This document shows, in pieces, positions 43,144 through 58,495 of a DNA stretch of 64,000 bases (position 1 is its first letter; each line of letters begins with the position of its first letter). The notes under the pieces were generated by a model. That model was not told the origin of the DNA and ran no database searches. It was given only the letters and a program-made list of their open reading frames with translations. The stretch is from assembly GCF_009914755.1 (NCBI RefSeq), contig NC_060935.1. One strand, given 5' to 3'. Made by a program: the position numbers and the translations under genes. The DNA comes from the human T2T-CHM13v2.0 reference genome, Homo sapiens.

Positions 43144-44773
43144 ATCATAGATACGACAGCTCAAATATGATGGTTGTATTGTTCTAATACTAGCAGGAAT
43201 GGCTGTTTAATCCATAAACATGATACATTTGCAATGAGAAATAATAGAAAATTCTACATACTGATGCAGAATGCCTAGAAAATCCAAGAGGGCCTGGGTA
43301 ATGACATGCAAATGAAGACAAGAATTCCTCATCAGAATCAGACAAACTAGAAAAGTGCTCACAGTCTACCTGAATTCTTATTCTTTACCCTGGGACAATC
43401 TGGTTTTTTGTTTTGTTTTTTTTTAAAGAAAAGAGAGAAAGTATCATTTTTAAAAAGAAAAAAAACCCTTCAGTTCCAATCACTTTTCAAACTTAAGCAG
43501 AACGACTTTCACAGCTTCAGTCAAGTTTGTCAAAAAGTAATTTTCTACCTAATTTACTTTCTGACAAGGGTGAGAATGGAACTCACATTTCCTCCAAGGT
43601 TTCCTTCCCTCTGGCTACTTTGCACGTGTCAGGGGCACCAAGGACAGGCTCTGCTTAACCCAGCAGGCAGCCTGGAGGCAGAAAGTGTTGTGAATCCCTC
43701 AGCAGCAGGGCCAGGAACTTGCTTGCAATTCTCTGCCATGGCTGATCTGTTAGCCCCAGAATTGTGGTCAATTGGAAAGTGAAAACCTGGTTTCTTGGGG
43801 CTGTTCTACAGCTAAGAGTATGAGGAAATCCAGTGTGGCTTCTTGTTTACACAGGGGTCAAATAGAGGTGGAACAAACTGAAAACCAATTTTACTCCACT
43901 GTTCCTAAGTAATTTATGACAATGTGGACAGATAGAAATCTTCCCAGAAAAGAAAAGCAGACAGGTAAATTACTGTGGCTTTTTAAGTGATCTGTAGTAT
44001 TTTTGCTTATCTTCTCTCTTTTTTCTTAAGCTGCTCCTTTGCCTCATTATTTCTGCATATAAATGAGAAGATTTTGTATTAGTGAATGGTCCTGAAGGAC
44101 GACACCATTTCCCAAGCACAGACATCTCTGTGTTTGGTGTGCCCACCCCCACCAACTCACCCCAATCTTTTCCTTTGTGCCCTGAATCCAGCTGGGGGGC
44201 TGTCATGAAACATTAGTGATATTTAATTACAGGGCCTAATAACAGTGATTGAAATGATCATGCAGAGAATAATTCAGTGTATGTACCAGCACACTCAGAC
44301 CTTTGCATTGTGCTTTTATTTGCATTCCTGGACTCACTTGTGCTTGCCATGTGCTGTGGGAAAAAGTTAAGGAGGTGGCCAAATCCCCTTGTAACCTCTG
44401 CAATTAACTTGTACAAAATATGGGCAGTTTTGACATAGTGGAGAGTACATGATCTTCGGCAGACTCTAAATGCACACTGACCATAGGGAAGCCTGCTAAG
44501 TCCAGAGTTCAGCTTTGCCACAAAGAGGAAACTGGAGGAGAGAATACCATGGTTGAGAGGGAGAGGATGGGCCTCCTGAACTACATTGGTTCAGCACCTG
44601 TTATGGACTGGGCTAGAACTTTATACATCTACATTTTCTCCATTAATTCTCCCACAAGCTCCGTGTGTTAAGTATTCCTATCACTCTGTTATTGATGGTT
44701 ACTTCTCCTCCACCTCAAACAGTCTCCTCTCTAACCAGCCCTAGCTCTCTCCTAGTTACCTCCTACTAACCCT

Positions 44774-45243
44774 TGTGAAAGGAAAATAAATCCTGGGGCT
44801 CCAAAATCACTAAGTGAAAGGGAAAAGTCAAGCTGGGAACTGCTTAGGGCAAACCTGCCTCCCATTCTATTCAAAGTTACCCCTCTGCTCATGAAGATAA
44901 ATGCATATCTGATTGCCTCCTTTGGAGAGGCTAATCAGAAACTCAAAAGAATGTAACCATTTGTCTCTTATCTATTTATGACCTGGAAGCCCCCTCCCCT
45001 GCTTCAATCCCGCCTTTGCTTCGAGTTGTCCCACCTTTTCCGAACCAAACCAATGCTTATCGTACATGTGTTGATTGATGTCTCATGTCTCCCTAAAACA
45101 TATAAAACTAAACTGTGCACTAACCACCTTGGGCACATGTCGTCAGGACCTCCTGAGGCAATGTCACTGGCGTGTGTCCTCAACCTTGGCAAATTAAACT
45201 TTCTGAATTAACTGAGACCTGTCGCAGACATTTCAGGTTCACA
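44774..45243 (+). mobile_element. MER4A-like solo LTR
   Basis: TGTGAAAGGAAAATAAATC..GGGAAAAGTCAAGCTGGGAACTGC start, GGTTCACA end. Confidence 0.88.
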
Positions 45244-45629
45244 CTCATTAGGACTCATTCAGTTATTACCCAGTTCCTCTGAGAACGTTTCCCTTACCCT
45301 CCCCTGGGCCTCAGCTCCCACAGCCGCCTGCGATGACAGCTGGTATGCTATGCTATGCGGTAATTAGTTGTTTACTTTTCTGACAGCCTCCACTAGACTC
45401 CAAGAGGGAGAAATTTCATCTTACTCATTTTCGTGTCTCTCAAACTTAGCACAGTGCCTGGCATGTGATCTGTGCTCCGTTAAAATTTGTAGAATGAACT
45501 GAGTAAACTGCTCATAGGGATACAGTTAGCTTCCGCTTCCGTTTAGGTCTATTTGGCTCCAAAGCCTTATCACAAAAGTTTCTATTGAAGACTTTTTATT
45601 AAGTAGACATAGTATTCAGAGCACTGTTT

Positions 45630-45633
<4 letters not shown>

Positions 45634-45672
<39 letters not shown>
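45634..45672 (+). repeat. Pure poly(A) run, about 39 nt
   Basis: Directly visible. Confidence 0.95.
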
Positions 45673-45675
<3 letters not shown>

Positions 45676-46253
45676 AGAGAGAAGAAAACTCATTATCCAA
45701 GTTTAAATTGATGTTAGAGGTCAGGGAGAATCTCCTGGCATTCTCCAAGAAAAGGCATTGAGTGATATGTTGCTGGTTGAGTACGAGGGTGAGTGCTGCA
45801 GCGCTGTGTAGAATGTATTAGTTGTTTGTAAATACTAGAGTAATTCTGCCCCCTTTCCAATCCTTCTGTGGCCCATGGGGTCACTGGGAGCAGAGGACAA
45901 TAGCGTCTCCTGCTGCCTTTCCTAAGAGTACAATTTCAGAATATCTGGAAGAATACCCAGCCGAAGGATTTAATCTTGTCCCCCAAAGTAAAAACTAAAC
46001 AAATAACTTTAATTTTCAAGCTTTGGCAAGGTATTCCAAGTATCCAACTGGTGGCCTTTAATTTATAGATGGCCAAAATTGACACCTTTTTTTTTTTTTC
46101 ACTAAGGTGGCACAGGAAAAGAAACGTTTTAAAGAGATTGACAAAACTCTGCATAGCAATATAATATTCTACTTCTATCACGGGCAAGAGCATTTTAGTG
46201 GACCATATTTTAATTATAAATATGTTTCATTTCATCAGTATGGATTTAGACTG

Positions 46254-46289
<36 letters not shown>

Positions 46290-46442
46290 TGTGAGGGTGT
46301 CCAAGTGAACTAATAGCTATATAGAGGATCACCAAGAAGGATGAGGAGCCCTATATGCACTTTATCCCAGCTAAAAGATCATGGAGGAAATAGTTAAAGC
46401 CCATCCTAAACTATTCTGCTAAAATCTGGACTAGTGTATATA

Positions 46443-48243
46443 CAGGCATACCTCATAAATATTGCATGTACAGATCCAGATCACTGCAAAAAAAGCAATT
46501 ATCATAATAAAGTGAGTAACATGAATTTTTTGGTGTTCCAGTATATATAGAAGATATGTTTATACTATGCTGTACTCTATTAATTGCGCAATTGTGTGTA
46601 TCATTATGTCTATAAAAACAATATACATACCTTAATTTTAAAATGCTTTCTTACTAAAAAGTGCAAAGGATCATCTGAGCCTTCAGTGAGTCATAATCTT
46701 TTTGCTGGTGGAGAGTCTTGCCTGGATGTTGATGGCTGCTGACTGATCAGGGTGGTAGTTGCTGAAGGTTGGGGAGGTTGTGGCAATTTCTTAACATAAC
46801 AATGATATTTGCCACATCAATTGACTCTTCCTTTCATGAAAGATTTCTCTGTAACATGTGATGCTATTAGGTAGCATTGTACCCACAGTGGCACTGCTTT
46901 CAAAATTTCACTCAGTCCTCTCAAATCCTGCCACTGCTTTAGCAACTAAGTTTATGTAATATTCTAAACCCTTTGCTGTCCTTTCAATAGTGTTCACAGC
47001 ATCTTCACCAGGGGTACATTCTATCTCAGTAAACCACTTTCTTTGTTTAATCTATAAAAAGCAATTCCTCATCAATTCAACTTTCATCATGAGAGTGCAG
47101 CAATCCAGTCACATTTTTCAGGCTCCACTTCTAATTCTAGTTTTCTTGCTATTTCCATCACATCTGCAGTTATTTCCTCCACTAAAGTCTTGAGCCCCTC
47201 CAAGTCACTCATGAGGATCTGGGTTATCAGTAAAATAATTTTATTTATTTATTCATTTATTGTATTCTTTTTTAGGGACAGGGTCTCATTCTGTTGCCCA
47301 GGCTGGAGTACAGTGGTGCAATGATGGCTCACTGCAGTCCTGACCTTCCAAACTCAAGTGATCCTCCCACCTCAGCCTCCTGAGTAGTTGGGACTACAGG
47401 TGCAACATCACCACACCTGGCTAATTTCTGTATTTTTTCTAGAGACAGGATCTCACCATGTTGCCCAGGCTGGTCTTGAGCTCCTGAGCTGAAGCAATCC
47501 TCCTGCCTCAGCCTCCAAAAGTGTGCGGATTACAGGAATGAGCCACCATGCCTCGCTAGTAAAATAACTTGTAAAAAGTCATCCATGAAGATTGGAATCA
47601 ACTTCTTCCTAACTCCTATTAGTGTTAATATTTCAACCTCCTCCTATGAATCATGAATGTTCTGAATGGTGAATCCTTTCCAGAAAGTTTTCAATCTATT
47701 TTGCCCCAATCCATCAGAGTAATCACTATCTATGGCAAGTATATAGCCTTACAAAATGTATTTCTGAAATGATAAAACTTAAATGTTAAAATTATTCTTT
47801 GATCCATGGATATTGTGTTATCAGGCATGAAAACAACATTAATCTCCTTGTACATCTCCATCAGAGCTCTTGGGTGACTAGGTGCATTGTCAATAAGCAC
47901 TAACATTTTGAAAGGAATCTTTTTCTCTGAGCAGTAAGTATCATCAACGGTGGACTTAAAATATTCAGTAAACCATGCTGTACACAAATGTGTCATCATC
48001 AGGCTTTGTTGTTCCATTTATAGAGCACAGGCAGTAGATTTAGCATAATTCTTAAGGGCCCTAGGATTTTTAGAATGCTAAATAAGCACTGGCTTCAACT
48101 TAGAGTAGGTGCACTAGTCCCTAACAAGAGAGTCAGCCTGTCCTTTGAGAGTCAGGCCTTGACATCCTCTCTAGCTAAGAAAATTCTAGATGGTATCTTC
48201 TTCCAATGGAAGGGTGTTTCATCTACATTGAAAATGTGTTGAT
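46443..48243 (-). mobile_element. Tigger1 DNA transposon 3' portion, interrupted by a minus-strand AluJ-like element (47243-47557)
   Basis: TA|CAGGCATACCTC TIR; transposase remnants [24 protein letters not shown] and IFNVDETPFHWKKIPSR. Confidence 0.93.
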
Positions 48244-48335
48244 GGCATAGGAAAAAGAAATAATGCTGACTATTAGTGACTCCTGGGTTTTGGAAATCTG
48301 TGCTATGCATAGGATATTGAAGTTGAGCTTGAGTC

Positions 48336-48939
48336 TGTGAAAGGAAAATAAATCTTGGGACCCCAAAATCATTCAGCCAAAGGGAAAAGTCAAGCTGGGA
48401 ACTGCAGGCAAACCTGCCTCTCATTCTATTCCCAAATAAGATAGGTACAAAGATTAAAAAGCTACATACCTCCATCACAATTTACCTACAAAGAAATTAC
48501 TTGTGGACAAAGGACAGGCAGAACTCAAAGTCATTCTTGTGCTCACGTGAGACAAATGCATCTCTGATTTCTTCCTTTGCCCTATTTCACTAAGCCAGAC
48601 TAATGCATAAGTGATGATTCCTGTAAATTGGACATTGGGTGAAAAGCTAATAAGAAACTCAAAAGAATGCAATCGTTCGTCTCTTATCTAACTATGACCT
48701 GGAAGCTCCTTCCCCTCTTCGAGTTGTCCCTCCTTTCCAGACCGAACCAATGTACATCTTACATATATTGACTGATGTCTCATGTCTCCCTGAAATGTAT
48801 AAAACCAAGCTGTGTGCCAACCACCTTGGGCACATGTCATCAGGACCTCCCAAGGCTGTGTCATGGGCGAGTTCTTAACTTTGGCAAAATAAACTTTCTA
48901 AATCAATTGTGACCTGTCTCAGATACCTCTTAGTTTACA
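48336..48939 (+). mobile_element. MER4-family solo LTR (longer subfamily)
   Basis: TGTGAAAGGAAAATAAATCTTGGGACCCC start, GTTTACA end. Confidence 0.88.
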
Positions 48940-48964
48940 ATTCAGTCCTCCATTTTAAGAGCCC

Positions 48965-50012
48965 AAGCCAGTAGAACTCTCTGGAATGATGGAAATGTCC
49001 TATATTTGCACTGTCCAGAACAATAATATGATATTTGAAAAATATTTTTGGTCTTTGAACCTGTTTCCTGGCATGCAACTCCTAAAATTCTTAGAAACTC
49101 CAAAGTTACGCCTTTTTGTATGCTAATAATTGATTGATGGCTGTCAGCCCCTAGGTAGCTTCAGGATAGAGGCTGATCCTGGAAAGACCAAGGCATGATT
49201 GGAGGGTTGGGACTTTCAGTCCATCCCACAACCTCTGAAGAGGAGCTGAAGGTTAAGTTAATTACCAATGGCCAATGGTTTATTAAATTATGTTTATGTA
49301 ATAAAGCCTCCATAAAACCCCAAAAGAAGAGGGTTCAAGGAGCTTTTGGATAGCTGAACACATGGAGTTTCCTGGAGGGTGGTGTGCCTGTGGAGAGCAT
49401 GAAACCTCCTTGCCCCTTCCCCCATACCTCATCCTATGCATCTCTTCATCTGTATCTTCTGTAATATCCTTTATAATAAACCAGTAAACATAAGTGATTC
49501 CCTGAGTTCTATGAGCCACTCTAGCAAATTAATGTAACCCAAAGAGGGTGTCCTGGGAACCCCAACTTGAAGACCATTGGTCAGAAGTTCCTGAGGCCTG
49601 GAGTTGTGATCTGTGGGAAGTGGGGCGCCGTCCTGTGGGACTAAGCCCTCAATATATGGTTTTTGAGGCTATCTCCCAGGTAGAACGCATCAGGATTGAA
49701 CTGGAGGATACCCAGCTGGTGTCCACTGCAAAATTAATTGCTTGCTTAAGTATGTGAGGAAAAACCCCCATACATTTGGTCATAGAGGTCTTCTGTATTG
49801 ATTGTTGTTGGTAGTGTGAAAGCAGAGGAAAACACTTTGAGTTTGAGTGTGTTTCCTATTAGAAGTAGCCACTAGCCACATGTGGATATAGAGCACTTAA
49901 CATGTGGCTAGTGTGACTGAGAAACCAAATTTTTCAAATTAATGTTTATTACTTTAAATTTAAATTTAAATAACCACATGTGGCTAGTGGCTGCCATATT
50001 GGTTCAGCACAG
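48965..50012. mobile_element. MER3-like hAT MITE split by a MER21-like LTR (~49023-49860)
   Basis: gatggaaatgtcctatatttgcactgtcca and agccactagccacatgtgg halves; ggttgggactttcag..aaggttaagttaattaccaatggccaatg MER21 core. Confidence 0.8.
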
Positions 50013-53000
50013 GATTCTAGACAATCAAGTCAGGCAAACTTGAATTCAAATCCCAAATCTGTGTGACCTTACTTCTCTGAGCCCCAGTACCCTAAAATGG
50101 ACATAACAAGATTTACTTCTAACCACATCAAGAAGGGAAGTTTCTGGAAGAAATATCATCACCCAACACTGAGAACTGTCTCTCTTTCGGGAGAGAGAAT
50201 CTGATTTGCTATGTTCAGCCACTGCTTTGCCCACCCCATGCCCCCAATTCCTGGTGCAATCTATAGTGACAGCAGAACTGGCCTCACCACAGTGGAAACA
50301 TGGCCACACAGCAGGGAGAAAGGGGAGACATGACTGATGCTGGTTTATCCTTAAGTAATGTCTCCCACATTCTTTATATTTTAGGAGTTCTTGTAAGCTG
50401 TCTTCAGTGTTTTTTGGAAAAAGATGGGAGAGAGGGAGATGGCAGGAGAGGCTAGGGATCTCAGGGAGCAAGGATGCAATTATCAAACAAACATTTCTCG
50501 AGTACCTACAACACAAAACTATGTAAGACACGATTATAATACAGTAAGCCCAAAGAAACTTTAGCCTCAGTGTCAACTTTGGCTCCAGTTGCCAACACCT
50601 GCTCTTCAGCTTTTAGATTCTCAGGCCTGTGTGATGAAAGCCAGTGTTCAGAGCAATGACCCAGACACTCCAAGAGCTTCCATCACCACTGAAAGATGAA
50701 CTAACATGTTCCTGGAACTGTCTGAGGACAAGAAAATAGACTTGCTCATTTGGAAATATTTTCAACAAGATATGGACAAAAGAGCCCTCATAGCTAATTT
50801 TAAGTTAATCTTTATCTTTCAGTAAACAGAACACTCCATTCCCCATCAAAGCCCTCACTGTAAAAAATTTGTGTCGGCGAGAGTTGATAAGTAAAAAGAG
50901 ATCAGAGAGAAAACAAACAACCCTGGAGAAGTATCATTGGTGGTAGATGATCAGATTATTTCTGGCTTGCATGATCTGCATGTACCTGCAAAACTATGCA
51001 AAAGATACGACAAACACAAAACTAAGGGAAACACAAAACTAAGCCTACTATTTTTACACATCTGAGGGAGGAACTTCAGGAAAATCCTACAGGGGCCACC
51101 GCAGAGTAATTATGATAGTTAACACAGCAGGCACCACTGTTAGGCACTTAGTATATAGTAACTTATTTAAATAAGATACATATATATATGCATATACATA
51201 TATACACATACATATACATATATACACATACATATACATATATATGTATGTGTCTTGTATATAATTCTGAAAGGTAGAGATTATCATCACTCCCACTTTA
51301 CAGATGAGGAAACAGAGTTAATGAGTGAAGAAAACCTTTGGTTTACATGACACTATCTATTTTTAAAGAATTTTTGGTGGCCTAATAAGTCAATGTCTAA
51401 AGAGCCAAATATAAAGTTGAAAATAAACTAACATTCAGTAGTTGTCCAGACACCCAACCCAGATAGTTCTGGCTCAGAAATGGATTTTGGAGGGTCCAAA
51501 TTAGTCATTCATCCAAGCAGGTGTTAATTCTGCAATTTTTAGAACTGCGGGTGTCTCTACGGAATCTACAATTTAAATTAGCAACAACCTCCACCCCAAA
51601 TCATACATTAAGGTGACAACCACTTATAAAAGTCACTAAGATGTCCAACTTCTCAACTTTTGAGTTCAGTTGTGGAACTCAGCCAAGAGGCTTTTTAACT
51701 CAAGCACAGACACAGTGGGATGGCATAATTGCATTGAGTCAAGATCAAATTTGACAACAGGGAAGTCATCTATTAAAGAAAATCACTCAAAGAGCACACA
51801 GAATTGCTCGTTAAAAGTGATCATAAACCATGGTACAAATATTGATGTTTATTAACATTTTTATTATGGCCATTTTAAATGGATAGCTTAGCAGACTATT
51901 CATTTATCTGTTCTGTGGGCCCCTAACTTGGCTCTAATGAGTTTGCCTTATAACATTACTGAAATCAGACCATGCTGTAAAAGCCAGAGCTGAGCAGCCC
52001 TGTGGGGGTTTCTCAGCAAAATCAACAATGGACATATACCGTGTTATTGGAAAGGGACAGTGCCATGTAGAATGGCAGAACGAATGAAGTCACCATTGGC
52101 AAGAATATAAAATTAGGTAGTTTTGGAACAACAGGAAAGGAGAAAGCATTTACATTTTCTGTTTTGCAGTCACCATTGTGGGTGACACTCTGTCCTCTGC
52201 ATTCCTTTTTCTTTCTAGTTTAACTTTTCCTCCTCTTGGCCCTAGAGGACTTTTCTCCAGGCTCTTTGAACAGAATAAAACATCCCTTCTATTCCTCTGC
52301 CCACTAACCTCTGGGCATGTATGCACTTCTCTCCCTCCCCTTTCTCCTCACCACACTGCATCTGTCTGTTTCAGCATTATCTTGCTTCGCTATGATCTGG
52401 GCCACAAGGACAGAAAGCCAATGTCTCTGGCAGGAGAGCAGGTGGGCAGGGCTCTCTTGACTGATGCCAGGCCCCACCTGCACATGCTGTGTGTTCCTGC
52501 CTATCCATATTCCCATTCTGGGTGCTCACCAGAGCTCTGCATACCCCTTTTGTGAACAGCTGGCAGGGTCATCATCGGAGCAGCTATGACAGTCATGGAA
52601 GTTCTCAAGTAGTATAAAAGGGAAAATTAAAAGTTAGATTTTAAGGCATGCGTAAAGGAGAATGGGATATTCTGAAAAGGGGTTTTGGAGACTAGAACAT
52701 TTAAAATACAGTTAAAAATATAAGAAACTAGTTACAGTGGTTGCTTCTGGGGAGAGGGACCTGAAGACTGGGACAAAGTGGAAGGATGACTTCCTTTTAA
52801 TTGTACTTAATCCTTTTGCAGGTTTTGGATGTTGTATCATGTGTATTTTTTTAAATCAGGCTTTAATGGACATTGGGGGTCATCTAGTTGAAGCTGAGAT
52901 GTAAGGCATTATTTTTTAAGAAACAGAACCCCTGATAACTGCTCATCTGCCTTTCGCCAGATCTCCCTGAAGTCCTCTCAGATGGAGGCAACCCATTTAC

Positions 53001-53479
53001 CCAGTCCCCATGTTTGCCCAGAGAATTGACACAAGGATGGGCAGCAGGTGGGACTCGTACTCTTCATACTGTGCTCAACTCATTTCTCATGCATCTTCAT
53101 CTAAAAACTACTCCTTCAATGCTTTTGCCCTCCAGTATTCCACACTTAATAATGTCTACATTTATTGAGTTTTAACTAAATATATAGCATTGCTAAATGC
53201 TCTAAATACATAATCTAATTTCTTCCCATTCATAGATGTGAAAGCTGACACTAAGAGAAGTTAAGTGATTCCATGGCTGCTGTGTGCTAACCCTAAGATT
53301 CAAATCTAGGTGTATCCAAAACCTACACTCTCAATTCCAGCACAATACTAGCTTTCCTTCCACTCTCTGTTGCTTGCTTCTATTACCTCCTGTCACCCCC
53401 ACATCCACTGAAGAGTTTTCCATGTGACATGGAATTTCTATCTTCTCCTTACCTCACTGTCACCCTGCCGTTAGGAAAG

Positions 53480-53708
53480 TGATTAGGCTGTCCTGTCTAA
53501 TGGTTTTTGTGAATAAGGAAGAGAAGGAAAAAAGGAAGAGTGGAAAAAGGAGATGATAGGAGTGTGTAGTAAGGGAGAAAAAAGAGAGATAGAAAGAAGG
53601 CTGAGGGAAAATAAGAAAAGTAATGCAACAAGCACCTGGATAATTTTTAGAGATGTTCTTTCTATGAGTTTAAGAATTCACATGGAAACCCTGGGAGGAT
53701 GGTAAAGA
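53480..53708. repeat. Local chimeric duplication of 55744-55880 (inverted) and 56272-56355 (direct)
   Basis: About 87-93% identity by hand alignment. Confidence 0.92.
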
Positions 53709-53822
53709 AGGCCAGGTAGGAAAAGTAGAGGAAGCATAATTAAAACCATTAGGAAAAAAGTAACCATCGGGAATATCCAGACATTACCTCTTTCTCACTC
53801 TCTATCACCACCTCCTCCCCCA

Positions 53823-53870
<48 letters not shown>

Positions 53871-53925
53871 AAGCACAGACAAATGTAGATTCCATTGTCG
53901 AGGATTCTGCTTCTCTTCTTCCTAG

Positions 53926-54447
<522 letters not shown>

Positions 54448-54490
54448 CTGGGATCAGGGAAGCTCAGGAGGACAGAGAGAGAAAGAGACA

Positions 54491-55199
<709 letters not shown>

Positions 55200-55467
55200 T
55201 AATTCAAAATTTACAAAGCAATTCTAGAAATAAAAAAGCATATCATCTCTCTCCCCCTACTCCCTGGCTAATTGATGGCCTGAAAGTAAATAACAATTAT
55301 TGTCCTCCTCTCAGCCATCCCAATAAGCCATCCTACAGTGAAAAACAAAACAAAACAAAAACTACAGCCAGTTTGTGTACTAGGAACAAATAAGTAGAGA
55401 GTTCGTGTTTGGTTTTTGAACTCAAAAGTGCTTGCCATAGCCTTACTAAGGGACATGGGCGAGCGCT

Positions 55468-55536
55468 CACACACACAGACACACACACACACATACACAT
55501 GCGCACACACACAGACACACACACACACATACACAT

Positions 55537-55568
<32 letters not shown>
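55468..55568 (+). repeat. Compound (CA)n with a duplicated 28-bp unit
   Basis: Directly visible. Confidence 0.93.
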
Positions 55569-55571
<3 letters not shown>

Positions 55572-57134
55572 TAGGACAATTATCTAGATAAGTAGACATC
55601 TTTGAATCTTTTAAGTTTCCTACAGCCTGTGTCCCAGGCAGAAAAGATGTTTCAAGTTCTGACGGGACTGGTTTGAAAGAGAAACTTTGAAGGATTTAAA
55701 CAGTTTTCTGAACAAGGCAAAACTCAAACTGTCAAGAAGATTCGCATTACTTTCCTTATTTTCCCTCAGCCTTCTTTCTATTTCTCTTTTTTCTCCCTTG
55801 CTACACACTCCAGTCATCTCTTTTTTCCACTCCTCCTTTTTTCCTTCTTCACCAATGCGATTAGACAGGACAGGCAATCATGTTGTTCTGACTGTATCAC
55901 AGTGTTTGGGGAATTAGAAAAAAATAAATGCCATACCTCATTAGAAGACTGTCAGCCTGGGAAAAAAAATCCAAGTAAGAGTCATGGGAGCAGAATATTT
56001 GGAGCTCTCAGGGAGCTCTCAGCTCATAATCAGGGAGATGAGAAGAGCTGCCTCTTCAGGGGATGATTTTACTTAATTAGCTGGGTTGATGGTAACAGGT
56101 ATTCAAATCTTTTTACCGATGTTTGCACCATAAGCATGGGGCCAACCCTATAGCAGTTCCCAATAAATATTACCTCATTAGCATATTTTGGCAGAACATA
56201 AAAGCAAGGTCTGAAACATTATGCCACTGGCTTGCAAGCCACCGTGAACCCTTTTGTCAGAGACAATGGTAGCAACAAGCACCTGAATAATTTTTAGAGA
56301 TGTCCTTTCTAAGAATTTGAGCATCCACATGGAAATCCCAGGGGGATGGTAAAGAGCCCTAAATTAGGAATCAGGCAAAGCAAATAACAAGTACTGTGTG
56401 CCACACATGTGCTGAGGAAGCTTGCAGATTCTGCCCTGGAAGCGCTGAAGTCGGCTGATGAGATAAAAAGTAAAGAAAAAATAATATACTGGTATAAATG
56501 CAACAATAAGGTTGAGAATATGTATGGAAGAATACACCCCTCTTTGATGAGCAGAAACCCAGAAAGCTAGCAACCTGTAGCCTCCACTTTCTTCTGCCCT
56601 AACCAGCTGCATTCTCTTCTCACCTTTTGGTTCCTGTCTGTGGCCCTGGGCCCACCCAAATGCTGACATGACTCCTGCCAAGACAGCTTTATAACAAAGA
56701 TTCTTCATCTCTGAGAACTCCCAGTCTGCCGTTGACCCTGGTAGCCAGTAGCCCTTTGTGGTTCTCCATGCTCCTCACTTTTAGCGTATTTCAGACCAGA
56801 AATGACCATTCATGCCTTAGCCCCTACCTAGAATTTTGGACACCTGACTTCTGTCTGTTCCTGTCCACTGATATCCCACTCTCACAGGTCTTTGGCATAC
56901 CCACACCTGGTAATTTGCCTCATGCCCAGACCCCAATGCTTCCTACTTTCCCATCCCTCTCCTTGGCCTGGTGGAGTCCTAATCTATGTCTGATTGGGTG
57001 GAAGGTGAAGACCCAGTATTCTTGCCCCAGTTAAGTGAGTTACATTATAATAATAAAAGAATGGAAAATGGTAGAATTTCCTCTTGTTATGACTTGTCAT
57101 CCTTGTCTAGGTGAAATTACCCAATCAGTCCCTG

Positions 57135-57493
57135 TGATATGGTTTAGCTCTGTGTCCCCACCCAAATCTCATCATGGAATCAGGAATCCCATGATTCCTA
57201 TGTGCTGTGGGAGGGACCCAGTGGGAGATAACCGAATCACGGGGGCAGTTTCCCCCATAGTGTTCTCATCATGGTAGTGAATAAGTCTCACAAGATCTGA
57301 TGATTTTATAAGGGGTTTTCCCTTTCTTTTGGCTCTCATTCTCTCTTGTCTGCTGCCATGTAAGACATGCCTTTTGCCTTCCACCATGATTGTGAGGCCG
57401 CCCCAGCCACGTGGAACTGTGAGTCCATTAAACCTCTTTTTATTTATAAATTACCCAGTCTTTAGTATGTCTTTATCAGCAGCGTGAAAATGG
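57135..57493 (+). mobile_element. THE1-like MaLR solo LTR
   Basis: TGATATGGTTTAGCTCTGTGTCCCCACCCAAATCTCATC..CTTTATCAGCAGCGTGAAAATGG. Confidence 0.93.
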
Positions 57494-58457
57494 TTTGTAA
57501 GGTTTGGAATCCAGAAAGAGGTCTCCATAGCTTTAAGAGACCAACCAAGAGGTCACCACCATATTAGAGTGATCCTCTTCCTCCTCTTAGTTATAAAATG
57601 AATTAACCCCACAGAGGAAGTCAGCAAGTATTATCACTACCTTCAAGAGTGCCAAAAAGTACTGCAGCTAAACCTTTTAATTGTTCAGGAGGTGGTGACG
57701 GACTGGGTATATTAAGGTCTGGTTCCTTGTGTGGCTCAAGTCCACATGAGGAAGGAGCAAGGGAGAGCTCACCAAGGGGACAGCCATGCCATCTGCCTTC
57801 TCTTTCTTTCTCCTGATCTGTACATCAGATTTGAAAATACTTCTTCCACTTTGCAATGGGGTGCTGAGGAAATATTGTGGGTCTCCCCACCGTACTAGAA
57901 GTCCCTAGGATGGAGGCAGCAACTTGCTTATCTCTATACCCCTATGCTTAGGTCAGTGTCTGGCACATAGTGACAGCATGATTAGTGCTTAGTGAACAAA
58001 TTAATAGGCCTGTGTTTCACTCTGTTTTGAATCTACCAATTAAATATTCTTTCAGTTAATACTTCTTGAATTGAATTCAGTTATTAATAGAGATTAGGGG
58101 GCCCTTTCTGAAATGTTGGCTTAGGAGACCCAAAATTTTTAATTAAAGTACCAAGTCTCCTTCTATTTAGGCAGCACATAATCTTTGGCAAAAAAAAAAA
58201 AAAATAATTAATTCAGATCCAACCTAATCTAGATTGTAAGGATTCCTTTCTTAAGGTTGATGTCATTGAACTGTGACCTTCAGAGATTAGTCTGGCATTT
58301 TGAAGTTGGAGCCTCAGGTTCAACTAAGGTTCAGAGCAATCCAGTGAATGAAATTGACTAATAATTTTTCATTTGGACAAATTTCAAACATTCATGTAAA
58401 AATTATATGGTGTTTTCTTCAAACACGGCAGGAATACTAATGGAAAAGAAGGTGCAA

Positions 58458-58495
<38 letters not shown>

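Noticed and set aside
44774-48939. Provirus bounded by two co-oriented MER4 LTRs
   Set aside because: The LTRs differ in length and internal sequence; the interval holds Tigger1, Alu and unique DNA, with no gag/pol remnants.
50046-50576. Longest ORF (176 aa), and 8281-8745 (154 aa)
   Set aside because: Non-ATG starts, no recognisable domain, random-like composition.
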